Virus genome (UHGV): UHGV-0340823
DNA: 37,778 nt
From: a virus
Strand: one strand, 5' to 3'
The notes under the pieces are model-generated. The model was not told the DNA's origin. It saw nothing but the letters and a program-made list of their open reading frames with translations, and did no database searches. The position numbers and the translations under genes were made by a program. Shown piece by piece: positions 17,571 to 26,643 of this stretch. Positions within the stretch are counted from its first letter, which is position 1, and each line of letters begins with the position of its first letter.

Positions 17571-19234
17571 TGAATAACGCCGAAGAACTCTCCCCCTTAC
17601 TGACGAATACCGTCTCCACCCGCAAAATTGATCTGGCCGGTGAAAAAGCCCTACTGGGCGTGGATGTGCCGGACAGCCTTGATTTGCCCGGTGATATGCC
17701 GGTATTTCTGGATTATCAGGCCCGCTGGTTTGAGGATGAAAGCGAGGTCTGCATCGCGGAAAAATCCCGCCGCACCGGGCTTACCTGGGCGGAAGCCGGG
17801 CGTAACGTCATTACCGCTGCAAAACCGAAGCGGCGCGGTGGCCGCAATGTGTTTTATGTGGGGTCAAAGCAGGAGATGGCGCTGGAATATATTTCTGCCT
17901 GTGCACTGTTCTCCCGTGCCTTTAACCAGCTGGCAGATGCTGATGTGTATGAGCAGACCTTCTGGGATCGGGATAAAAAAGAAGAAATTCTGACCTACAT
18001 GATCCGCTTTCCGAACAGTGGATTCAAAATTCAGGCACTGTCTTCCCGTCCGTCAAACCTGCGCGGCCTTCAGGGGGATGTGGTGATTGATGAAGCCGCG
18101 TTCCACGAGTCACTGGATGAGCTTCTCAAGGCGGCAATGGCGCTTACCATGTGGGGCGCGCGCGTGCGTATTATCTCCACGCATAACGGCGTCGATAATC
18201 TGTTTAATCAGTACATTCAGGAAGCCCGCGAAGGGCGCAAGGATTACAGCGTCCACCGCATTACCCTGGATGATGCCATTGCGGACGGGCTGTACCGTCG
18301 TATCTGTTATGTCACCGGCCGCGAATGGTCACCGGAAAGCGAGCAGAAGTGGCGTGATGATCTCTACAAAAACGCCCCGACCCGTGAGGATGCCGACGAG
18401 GAATACGGCTGTATCCCGAAAAAATCCGGCGGTGCCTATATTCCTCACGCGCTTATTGAAATGGCGATGATCCGCGACATCCCGATTCTGACGTTTGAAG
18501 CCCCGGACGACTTCATCAGCCGTGCCGCATGGCTGCGTGAATCGGAGGTTTTAACCTGGTGTGAAGAACATTTAAAACCGCTTTTAGAGGCGTTAAATCC
18601 CCGTTCCCGATTCAGCTTCGGGGAAGACTTTGCCCGCACCGGAGACCTGTCCTGTTTTGTGCTGCTGGAAATCACTGAATCCCTGGCAAAACGCGAGGTG
18701 TTTCGCGTGGAGCTGCGCAACCTGCCGTATGCCCAGCAGGAGCAGGTGATGATGTACATCCTGACCCGCGTTCCGGCGCTGGTCGGTGCGGCGTTCGACG
18801 CCACCGGTAACGGCGGCTATCTGGCCGAAGCCGCGCTGCTGGCCTTTGGCCCGGACATCATCGACTGCGTGATGTTATCGCCGAAGTGGTACGGCGAGTG
18901 GATGCCAAAACTGAAGGCCGAGTTTGAGGATCAGAATATCCTCGTCGCCCGCCATCAGACCACGCTTGATGATTTGCGCCATGTGAAGGTGGTGAACGGT
19001 ATCCCGCAAATCGACAAGGGGCGTACGAAGGACCAGAACGCAACGGCTGTGAACGCCCGCCGCCATGGTGATTTTGCCGTGGCGCTCTGTATGGCAAACC
19101 GGGCGTCATACATGGAGGGCTTTATCCTGGATGAATCAGCCTGCCAGGCGCTGCCGGAGCGGTCGCGGGCCATGGAGGGCGGTTATCGTGATGACGATGA
19201 GGCATATCATGAATTTGATCGGGGGTGCTGGTAG
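17570..19234 (+). CDS. terminase large subunit (Mu gp28-like)
   Basis: 554 aa; position and size; ATPase-like N-terminal region. Confidence 0.8.
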   Translation: MNNAEELSPLLTNTVSTRKIDLAGEKALLGVDVPDSLDLPGDMPVFLDYQARWFEDESEVCIAEKSRRTGLTWAEAGRNVITAAKPKRRGGRNVFYVGSKQEMALEYISACALFSRAFNQLADADVYEQTFWDRDKKEEILTYMIRFPNSGFKIQALSSRPSNLRGLQGDVVIDEAAFHESLDELLKAAMALTMWGARVRIISTHNGVDNLFNQYIQEAREGRKDYSVHRITLDDAIADGLYRRICYVTGREWSPESEQKWRDDLYKNAPTREDADEEYGCIPKKSGGAYIPHALIEMAMIRDIPILTFEAPDDFISRAAWLRESEVLTWCEEHLKPLLEALNPRSRFSFGEDFARTGDLSCFVLLEITESLAKREVFRVELRNLPYAQQEQVMMYILTRVPALVGAAFDATGNGGYLAEAALLAFGPDIIDCVMLSPKWYGEWMPKLKAEFEDQNILVARHQTTLDDLRHVKVVNGIPQIDKGRTKDQNATAVNARRHGDFAVALCMANRASYMEGFILDESACQALPERSRAMEGGYRDDDEAYHEFDRGCW

Positions 19235-20823
19235 TGGGATGCATAATTGATCTTGACGGAAAACCTTTCTCCTTTGACCCGGAGATGCAGAGTGCCGTGC
19301 TGGATATTCCGCAGATTGCCAGCCGTTATATTGAACATCCGGCCTCGGGTATCACCCCGAACCGGGCGGCACAGTGCCTTCGCGGGGCTGAACGTGGCGA
19401 TCTGATTGCCCAGTCCGATCTGGCCGCTGACATTGAAGAAAAGGACACCCACCTTTTTGCAGAGCTGGGCAAGCGACGTCTTGCCATTCAGGGCGTGCCC
19501 TGGAGTATTGAGCCGCCACCGAACGCCAGCGCGAATGAGAAAAAGGACGCGGAAATGCTCGACGAATATCTGCATTCCGCCGACTGGTTTGATGCCATGC
19601 TGTTTGATGCTACCGATGCCATCCTGAAGGGCTATTCCTGTATGGAGATTGAGCACGGGATGCTCGGTAAAATGCACATCATCCGCGCCATCCGCTGGCG
19701 TGACAGCGGGCATTTCTGCCTTAACCCGGATGATTTGAGCGAACTGCGGCTGCGTGACGGCAGCCATGCCGGGGTGGCGTTTCAGCCCTTTGGCTGGATA
19801 GTGCATCAGTCACGTTCACGCACCGGTTACGGCGGCGCAACGGGGCTTGTCAGAACGCTTATCTGGCCGTTCATTTTCAAAAACTATTCCGTGCGCGATC
19901 TGGCTGAATTTCTGGAAGTGTACGGCCTGCCGATGAAGGTCGGTAAATACCCGTCCGGGGCAACACCGGAGCAGAAAAGCGCCCTGATGCGGGCGGTGAT
20001 GGATATCGGGCGACGTACAGGCGGGATCATCCCGGCCGGGATGTCGCTGGAGTTTCAGGCGGCAGCGAACGGTCAGGCCGATCCGTTTGAAACCATGATT
20101 TCGTGGGGGGAGCGTTCCATCTCCAAAGCTATCCTCGGCGGCACGCTGACCACGGAAGCCGGAGACAAAGGCGCGCGCTCGCTGGGTGAAGTGCATAACG
20201 AGGTGCGCCGGGAAATCAGGGATTCTGATTTACGTCAGCTGGCTGCCACGCTGAACCGCGATCTGGTGTATCCGCTGTACGCCCTGAACACCACGCACAC
20301 TATTGATATCCGCCGTCTGCCACGTATCTGCTTCCAGACAAAAGAACCGGGGGATATCACCAAAATCACCAGTGCGGTGATGCAGCTCAGTACGGGGATG
20401 GATATTTCTGATCCCTGGATACGTGAGCAGACGGGTATTCCGCAGCCCACGCCCGGCGAAGCCATCTTCCGTGTCCGTCAGAGTGGCAATGAACCGGCTC
20501 AGACTGACAGGGAAATACCACCGGAAACACAGGAAAAGACAGAGCAGACGGCGCTGTCAGCCCGAGTGCCGGAAGCGAAAAGCAGCCCCCGTGATGAACT
20601 GGACGACATGGGGGATGCGGTGCCTGCCCGCCGGTTACAGGAGGCCATCGACCCGCTACTGGAGCCGGTCATTGATGCCATCAGAACGCGGGGGCTGGCG
20701 GATGCGCTGGCAGACCTGCCCGCCCTTTACCGTGAAATGGATGATTCCCGCCTGATGACGCTGCTCAGTGATGCCATGTTTGCTGCGGAAATGAAGGGGA
20801 TGCTGGATGGCACAGGGGATTGA
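19225..20823 (+). CDS. portal protein (Mu gp29-like); start uncertain between 19225 and 19285
   Basis: About 512-532 aa following the terminase; acidic C-terminal region. Confidence 0.75.
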   Translation: MLVVGCIIDLDGKPFSFDPEMQSAVLDIPQIASRYIEHPASGITPNRAAQCLRGAERGDLIAQSDLAADIEEKDTHLFAELGKRRLAIQGVPWSIEPPPNASANEKKDAEMLDEYLHSADWFDAMLFDATDAILKGYSCMEIEHGMLGKMHIIRAIRWRDSGHFCLNPDDLSELRLRDGSHAGVAFQPFGWIVHQSRSRTGYGGATGLVRTLIWPFIFKNYSVRDLAEFLEVYGLPMKVGKYPSGATPEQKSALMRAVMDIGRRTGGIIPAGMSLEFQAAANGQADPFETMISWGERSISKAILGGTLTTEAGDKGARSLGEVHNEVRREIRDSDLRQLAATLNRDLVYPLYALNTTHTIDIRRLPRICFQTKEPGDITKITSAVMQLSTGMDISDPWIREQTGIPQPTPGEAIFRVRQSGNEPAQTDREIPPETQEKTEQTALSARVPEAKSSPRDELDDMGDAVPARRLQEAIDPLLEPVIDAIRTRGLADALADLPALYREMDDSRLMTLLSDAMFAAEMKGMLDGTGD

Positions 20824-22132
20824 TCTGGGTTATGCCGCCACGCTTCCCTCAAAAGAGGCGGTGGCATACTTCCGCGCCAAAGGGGCGCATATCAGCTGGA
20901 ACTGGTTCGAAACAGACGCGGATGTTCATGCCCGTTCATTCACGGCGGCAAAAGTGGCACGCCTGGACGTACTGACCACACTACAGGCGGAAGTGCAGCG
21001 TGCTGTTGATGAGGGGATTTCACAGAAAGCATTTATTCGCACGCTGACACCCCGCCTGCAAAAGCTGGGATGGTGGGGAAAACAGATTGTGGTGGACAGT
21101 GCCGGTAACGCGGAAGAAGTGCAGCTGGGCAGTCCCCGCCGTCTGGCGCTGATTTACAACGTGAACACCCGTGTGGCTTACAATGCCGGGCGTTACACGC
21201 AGATGATGAACAACACGGACACGCATCCGTTCTGGCAGTATGTGGCGGTGATGGACAGCCGCACCCGCCCGGCACATTCCGCCTTTAACGGGCTGGTATT
21301 CCGCTATGACGATCCGTTCTGGAATACACACTACCCGCCCAATGGCTGGAACTGCCGCTGCCGTGTCCGGCCATTATCTCAGGCCCGTCTGGATGCAATG
21401 GGGTTATCCGTTTCATCCGGTCAGGATCATCTCTCCACCCGCAATGTTGAGGCTGGCGTGGATAAGCAGACCGGAGAAGTCAGAGAAATGCCGGTGACCA
21501 CATATTCAGATGGCACCAGAACCATGACACCGGATGTGGGCTGGTCATATAACCCCGGTTCGGCGGCGTTCGGCACAGACCAGGCGCTGATCCGTAAACT
21601 GATCGAGGTGAAAAGCCCGGCGTTACGGGAAATGGTGGTTCAGGAGATGAACAACAGCCCGGAGCGGCAGCTGGCGTTCCGCATCTGGGCAAAAAACATC
21701 ATGAAGACCCGGCGAGGTGGTCACGATATCCGCACGCTGGGCTTTATGACCGAAAGTATTGCGCAGGCGGTGGAAAGCCGGACGGGAACGCCACCGGCCC
21801 GCCTGCTGGCGATGAGCGGTAAAAATGTGCTCCATGCGGACAGCGTGAAACATCAGAATGACGGCATTGCCCTGACGCCGGAGGATTTCGGGCGATTACC
21901 GGCAATGCTGGCCGCGCCTGATGCCGTGCTGTGGGATCATGTCCATCAGAATCTGCTTTACATCACTGAAACCCGTGACGGAACGGCAAAGATTGCCGTC
22001 AATGCGCCTTATAGTGTGAAACGTCAGCCGGATAAGCTGGATGTGGTGATTAATGCCTACAGAGTCAAAAAGGAGGCATTACTTGATGATCTGCGCGGTG
22101 GAAAGCTGGAATTACTGGAGGGTGAATTGTAG
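20807..22132 (+). CDS. head morphogenesis protein, Mu F (gp30) family
   Basis: 441 aa; synteny after the portal. Confidence 0.75.
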   Translation: MAQGIDLGYAATLPSKEAVAYFRAKGAHISWNWFETDADVHARSFTAAKVARLDVLTTLQAEVQRAVDEGISQKAFIRTLTPRLQKLGWWGKQIVVDSAGNAEEVQLGSPRRLALIYNVNTRVAYNAGRYTQMMNNTDTHPFWQYVAVMDSRTRPAHSAFNGLVFRYDDPFWNTHYPPNGWNCRCRVRPLSQARLDAMGLSVSSGQDHLSTRNVEAGVDKQTGEVREMPVTTYSDGTRTMTPDVGWSYNPGSAAFGTDQALIRKLIEVKSPALREMVVQEMNNSPERQLAFRIWAKNIMKTRRGGHDIRTLGFMTESIAQAVESRTGTPPARLLAMSGKNVLHADSVKHQNDGIALTPEDFGRLPAMLAAPDAVLWDHVHQNLLYITETRDGTAKIAVNAPYSVKRQPDKLDVVINAYRVKKEALLDDLRGGKLELLEGEL

Positions 22133-22218
22133 GTCGGTGGCGGGGGTCGAACCCGCATAAACATCCCTCAGGAAAAAACCATCAGGCGCCGCTTTACCAG
22201 TTAAGAGTACACCGACCT
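22133..22218. other. structured intergenic element: 8-bp inverted repeat enclosing a GC hairpin with a tRNA T-arm-like motif on the minus strand
   Basis: GGTCGGTG ... CACCGACC flank; GCGGG-TTCGACC-CCCGC on the minus strand; followed by CTTTTATTTT. Confidence 0.4.
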
Positions 22219-22254
22219 GCTTTTATTTTAACCAGGTAGTTTCACGGAGGCAAT

Positions 22255-22728
22255 ATGTCATCCATTGATGCCGCTGTCGTTGTTGACGTTACGCGTCTCC
22301 AGCGGGTGTTTGCCCGGCTTCAGTTTGTGGGGGGCGGAAAAGACCTGGCCCGCAGTGTGGCGTCCAGCCTTCTGTCATCCTCAGAAATGGCGTTTGAACA
22401 GGAAAAAGAGCCGGACGGCGAACGCTGGCATGACTGGTCAGATCCTTACCGCAAGTGGCGTACCCGTAAGGGATACACGCCCGGCAAAATCCTGACGCTG
22501 AACGGCGATCTGGCCCGCCGCCTGACCACGGATTATGGCGATACCTGGGCGCTGATTGGATCAAATGAACCTTATGCAGCCATTCATCAGTGGGGTGGCC
22601 TGCCTGGTATGCCACCGGGACTGGCAGCCATTGGCGCACGTCCGTATATGGGCTTTGATGAGGTGGCTGAACAGGAGATCATGGACGAAATCAGAAAACG
22701 CTTTAAAAAGGCCACAGAAACGCCTTAA
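22255..22728 (+). CDS. virion morphogenesis protein, Mu G (gp31) family
   Basis: 157 aa; synteny between F and I. Confidence 0.65.
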   Translation: MSSIDAAVVVDVTRLQRVFARLQFVGGGKDLARSVASSLLSSSEMAFEQEKEPDGERWHDWSDPYRKWRTRKGYTPGKILTLNGDLARRLTTDYGDTWALIGSNEPYAAIHQWGGLPGMPPGLAAIGARPYMGFDEVAEQEIMDEIRKRFKKATETP

Positions 22729-22840
22729 TTGTTTAAGGTATGCAAATGCATTACCTTACCCCCTTCAGGCGCGTGTCGTGATTTTCTAACCTGTATTTAA
22801 CGGGCTTTAAAATCTGCGTGAAGCGCCTTTGTATTTTTCC

Positions 22841-22882
22841 CCTGAAAGCACTTCCTGAAATCCCGCAAAACCCGCCCTGAAA
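22841..22882 (+). promoter_or_regulatory. candidate activator-binding / late promoter repeats upstream of the I-like gene
   Basis: CCTGAAA three times (about 22841, 22854, 22876) in a 176-bp ORF-free gap. Confidence 0.3.
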
Positions 22883-22904
22883 ATTCCCGGCTTATGCTGC
22901 CGGA

Positions 22905-24029
22905 ATGAAGACGAAAAACACGCCCAAACTTGCTTATGCCATTCTGAATGCCATCAGCCTGTCCGCAGACGGGGACGGTGACTGGTGTCAGATCATGCCA
23001 GCCGGTCGGGTAAAGGCCCGTGACGGTCGCCCGGAAAAACCGGCTGAAGGCTGGCTGATTAACCGTGCGACCGTTGAGCGCATGGTATCCCGGGTTGTGG
23101 CGCTCAATCAGCCGGTAAAAATTGACTACAACCACCAGACCCTGATTAAGGGGCATCAGGCACCGGCTGCCGGTTTTGTGACGGCTTCACCGGAAAACTT
23201 CCGCTTCAGTGAAGAGCGTGGCTTCGAGGTGCGCCCGAAGTGGAACCCTCCGGCCCTTGAACATCTGCGTAATAACGAATTCCCCTGGTTTTCACCGGTG
23301 ATTGGCTATGACGAGAACACCGGCGAACCTGTCGAACTTCGGATGCTGGCTATTACCGGTGACCCCGGTCTGACCGGCATGAATCCTGTCGCCGCGCTGT
23401 CGGCGGATGACCTTTATAACGCCTTAAACCCTCCTTTAAAGGATACCTCCATGAATGAGCAATTACGCCAGTTGCTGACGGCGCTCGGTCTGACCGTGGC
23501 TGACGGTGACGAATTTACGCCGGAGCTGGGCACGGCGGCGCTGTCTGCCCTCACCGGGATCAAAACCCGTGCGGATGCACACGACAACCTGAAAACACAG
23601 GTCGCCAGTCTGTCGGCAGAGCTGGAAACCGCAAAAGGCACACCGGCTGGCGGCAGTATTGATCTGACGAAATACGTGCCCGTTGAGACGTATAACGCCC
23701 TGCGTACCGAATATGTCGCGCTGTCGGCACAGCACGGCAGCACCACGCTGGAGCAGTTGCTGGATAAGGCCGAGTCCGAAGGACGCATTTTCAAAAGCGA
23801 ACGCGGATACATGGAAGGACTCGGACAACAGATTGGCGTTGCAGCACTTTCTGCGCAGCTTGACGCCCGCCAGCCGGTTGCGGCTCTGACCGGTCTTCAG
23901 ACCGACACCGTGACCGTGCCGGATAAAAAGACCGCCACCGCCTCGCTGTCGGCTGAAGATATCGCCGCCGCCCATCTTCTGGGTAAAACCGAAGCCGAAT
24001 TCCTGAAAATGAAAGAGGAAATGCAATAA
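22905..24029 (+). CDS. head protease / scaffold, Mu I (gp32) family
   Basis: 374 aa; Ala/Leu-rich coiled-coil C-terminal half; synteny. Confidence 0.65.
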   Translation: MKTKNTPKLAYAILNAISLSADGDGDWCQIMPAGRVKARDGRPEKPAEGWLINRATVERMVSRVVALNQPVKIDYNHQTLIKGHQAPAAGFVTASPENFRFSEERGFEVRPKWNPPALEHLRNNEFPWFSPVIGYDENTGEPVELRMLAITGDPGLTGMNPVAALSADDLYNALNPPLKDTSMNEQLRQLLTALGLTVADGDEFTPELGTAALSALTGIKTRADAHDNLKTQVASLSAELETAKGTPAGGSIDLTKYVPVETYNALRTEYVALSAQHGSTTLEQLLDKAESEGRIFKSERGYMEGLGQQIGVAALSAQLDARQPVAALTGLQTDTVTVPDKKTATASLSAEDIAAAHLLGKTEAEFLKMKEEMQ

Positions 24030-24976
24030 TGCCTACCCCGATTACACCGGCGATGATCACCGCCCTGATGACGGGCTACCGTTCTGATTTTCAGGCCGGG
24101 ATGTCCATGGCCCCGTCGCAGTACAAAAAAATTGCGATGACCGTGCCCTCCACCTCGAAATCCAACACCTACGGCTGGCTGGGGCAGTTCCCGCAGTTCC
24201 GTGAGTGGATCGGCTCCCGCGTCATCGAGAAGATGAAGGCCTATGGCTATGCCATCGTGAACAAAACCTTTGAAGGCACCGTCGCCATTAACCGTGATGA
24301 CTTCGAAGACGATAACCTCGGTATTTATTCCCCGTTGTTCCAGGAGATGGGGCGCGCTGCTGCGGCACAACCGGATGAACTGGTCTTTGCTGCTCTTCGT
24401 GACGGGATTAATGCGGCCTGCTATGACGGCCAGAACTTCTTTGATACCGAACATCCTGTTTACCCCAAAGTGGATGGCTCCGGGGATGCGCAGATGGTCA
24501 GCAATATGTTTGTGGCAAAAACCGGCTCTGTCGGTGCACAGGCGGATTACAGCGGTCCTGCCTGGTATCTGCTCGACTGTTCACGCGCAATCAAACCGCT
24601 GATTTATCAGGATCGCCGTAAGGCTGAACTGGTTGCCCAGACCAAAGTCGATGAAGGTCGCGCATTCACCGATAACGAATTTGTGTTCGGTGCTTCCGCC
24701 CGTCGCAATGTGGGCTACGGCTTCTGGCAGATGGCCTACATGATGCAGTCACCGCTGACGCTGGATGCACTGTGGCACGGCTGGTCAGCCATGCGCGAAT
24801 TTACCGCTGACGGTGGCCGCAAGCTCGGCATCAAACCCACCCATATTGTTGTCCCCACCTCGCTGGAAAAACAGGCGGTGCAGCTGCTGGAGCGTGAACT
24901 GTTCGCAGACGGAAACGCCACCGTCTCTAACGAGATGAAGGGCAAGCTGGAGCTGGTTGTCGCGGATTATCTGTAA
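24029..24976 (+). CDS. major head subunit, Mu T (gp34) family
   Basis: 315 aa; ATG overlaps the preceding stop; synteny. Confidence 0.75.
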   Translation: MPTPITPAMITALMTGYRSDFQAGMSMAPSQYKKIAMTVPSTSKSNTYGWLGQFPQFREWIGSRVIEKMKAYGYAIVNKTFEGTVAINRDDFEDDNLGIYSPLFQEMGRAAAAQPDELVFAALRDGINAACYDGQNFFDTEHPVYPKVDGSGDAQMVSNMFVAKTGSVGAQADYSGPAWYLLDCSRAIKPLIYQDRRKAELVAQTKVDEGRAFTDNEFVFGASARRNVGYGFWQMAYMMQSPLTLDALWHGWSAMREFTADGGRKLGIKPTHIVVPTSLEKQAVQLLERELFADGNATVSNEMKGKLELVVADYL

Positions 24977-25019
24977 ACGGTGAGCCGGGCTTACGGCCCG
25001 GCCCCTGCGGAGGGCAAAT

Positions 25020-25391
25020 ATGAATGAACATCACACTGTGGCAGCAACAGATGATTCAGGTCTTCAGGTCAGTGGTGACAATTCTGTCACGGTGCTGGCA
25101 GAAGTGCGTTGCAGTCGTTCGGCGTTTCGTCGTGCGGGGTTCCTGTTCACGCGTGGACGTCAGCAGGTTGAGGTCACCCCGGAGCAGCTTGCCCGACTGG
25201 AGGCGGAGCCATGCCTCACTGTGCGAATACTACAGACGCCTGCTGATGATGCGGGGAGCGTGGCGGGTGTGGTTCATGCAGTGGCCGGTACAGATTTAGC
25301 CGAAGCCGAAGCCGAAGCCGAAGCCGGACAGGATGCTCCCCGGAAAAAGACCGGTAACAAAGCGAAACAGGCGAAAAAGGCCCGCGCATGA
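25020..25391 (+). CDS. hypothetical head-region protein with (AE)n repeat and basic C-terminus
   Basis: ORF contains the GCCGAA tandem repeat and a Lys-rich tail. Confidence 0.45.
   Translation: MNEHHTVAATDDSGLQVSGDNSVTVLAEVRCSRSAFRRAGFLFTRGRQQVEVTPEQLARLEAEPCLTVRILQTPADDAGSVAGVVHAVAGTDLAEAEAEAEAGQDAPRKKTGNKAKQAKKARA
25299..25328 (+). repeat. GCCGAA hexanucleotide tandem repeat (about four perfect copies plus one imperfect)
   Basis: Directly visible; encodes AEAEAEAEAG in frame. Confidence 0.8.
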
Positions 25392-25807
25392 ATTACGCCA
25401 CTGAAAGCGATATGCGGGCGCGTTACCGCGAGGATTTGCTCAGGCCGTTACTGGCAGTGCCCCGTTCGGATGAGCTGGACACGCGCAAGCTGAACCGGGC
25501 GCTGACAGATGCGTCAGCCCTTATCGACAGCTATCTGTCCGCCCGTTACACGCTGCCGCTGGAGGTTATCCCGGCTGTTCTTGTTCAGCACTGTTGCGCG
25601 ATTGCCTTTTATTACCTGTGCGATCAGCGAGCCTCCGATCAGGCGCGTGACCGTTACCGTGAAGCGCTGGCCTGGCTGAAAGATGTCATGAACGGCAATG
25701 TGCCGGTAGGTGTGGATACGAACGGTGCGGCCCCTGAATCCGGGGATTTACCACAGGTTCAGTCTGATGCAGCGGTATTCGGGCGCAACCAGAAGGGCTT
25801 CATATGA
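25388..25807 (+). CDS. head-tail connector-like protein (Mu gp36 family)
   Basis: Synteny; ATGA overlap. Confidence 0.5.
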   Translation: MNYATESDMRARYREDLLRPLLAVPRSDELDTRKLNRALTDASALIDSYLSARYTLPLEVIPAVLVQHCCAIAFYYLCDQRASDQARDRYREALAWLKDVMNGNVPVGVDTNGAAPESGDLPQVQSDAAVFGRNQKGFI

Positions 25808-26364
25808 TTACGGAAACCGAACAGGCATACATCGCCCGTATCCGTGAGTATTTCGGGAATGAACTTGTGTCTGTTGACACGCATCCCGGCGACTGGAGCG
25901 ACAGCGTACTGCGCACCATGCTGATTAACGCTCCGGCGATCTACGTTGCCTGGCTGGGTGCCGGTGAAGGCCGTACCCGTGGTCGCCTGGTCAGTCACTG
26001 GGTGTTCTACGTCATCGGCGACATGCTCAACGGGCGTGAGGCCAGCCGTCCCGGACTGTATCAGATTGTGGCCCGGCTGATTGCCGTGCTTAACGGCTTC
26101 AGAACCGAAAAAACCTCACCGCTTTACTTTGAAAAGGCGGTCAACGGTTACACCGAAACCCAGGCGAACAGTGGTGCGGTGATGTATGCGCTTTATTTCT
26201 CCTGCGAGGAAATGATCGCACCGCTGACCGATATCAGCTCGCTGGACGACTTCCTGCGTCATTACGAAACCTTTGTGGAGCCGCCCGGTACGCCGCCGTT
26301 TGAGGCACATATTGATTTGCCGGGGAACACGACAACGGCGGTCGAACCGCCGGAGGAACTGTAA
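25804..26364 (+). CDS. Mu gp37-like virion protein
   Basis: Synteny; ATGA overlap. Confidence 0.5.
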   Translation: MITETEQAYIARIREYFGNELVSVDTHPGDWSDSVLRTMLINAPAIYVAWLGAGEGRTRGRLVSHWVFYVIGDMLNGREASRPGLYQIVARLIAVLNGFRTEKTSPLYFEKAVNGYTETQANSGAVMYALYFSCEEMIAPLTDISSLDDFLRHYETFVEPPGTPPFEAHIDLPGNTTTAVEPPEEL

Positions 26365-26643
26365 ATGAAAACCATCTTTATCAAACCCGCGCCGGGACGC
26401 CTGATTCGTGATCCCGACACAATGCGCCCGCTGGCACAGGAGGGGGAGGAAAAAACCTTCACGCCGTTCTGGTGTCGGCGTCTTGATGACGGCGATGTCA
26501 TTCAGCCTGGAAGCCTGCCGGAAAGTGAAGCTCCCGCCGTGACGGAAGAAAACAGTGATAACGACATGGCGATGAATGCCGACCCGGTTATGGACAGTGA
26601 CACGGTATCCGGCCCCGCAGTCTCAGATGAGGAAACGCTCTGA
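26365..26643 (+). CDS. Mu gp38-like small protein
   Basis: Synteny immediately before the sheath gene. Confidence 0.45.
   Translation: MKTIFIKPAPGRLIRDPDTMRPLAQEGEEKTFTPFWCRRLDDGDVIQPGSLPESEAPAVTEENSDNDMAMNADPVMDSDTVSGPAVSDEETL

Noticed and set aside
22133-22218. Complete tRNA gene
   Set aside because: Only acceptor-stem-like and T-arm-like helices can be drawn; no D-arm or anticodon stem-loop, and no encoded CCA.
22729-22904. Anti-CRISPR locus at the G-I junction, as in Pseudomonas Mu-like phages
   Set aside because: The gap contains no ORF of meaningful length on either strand.
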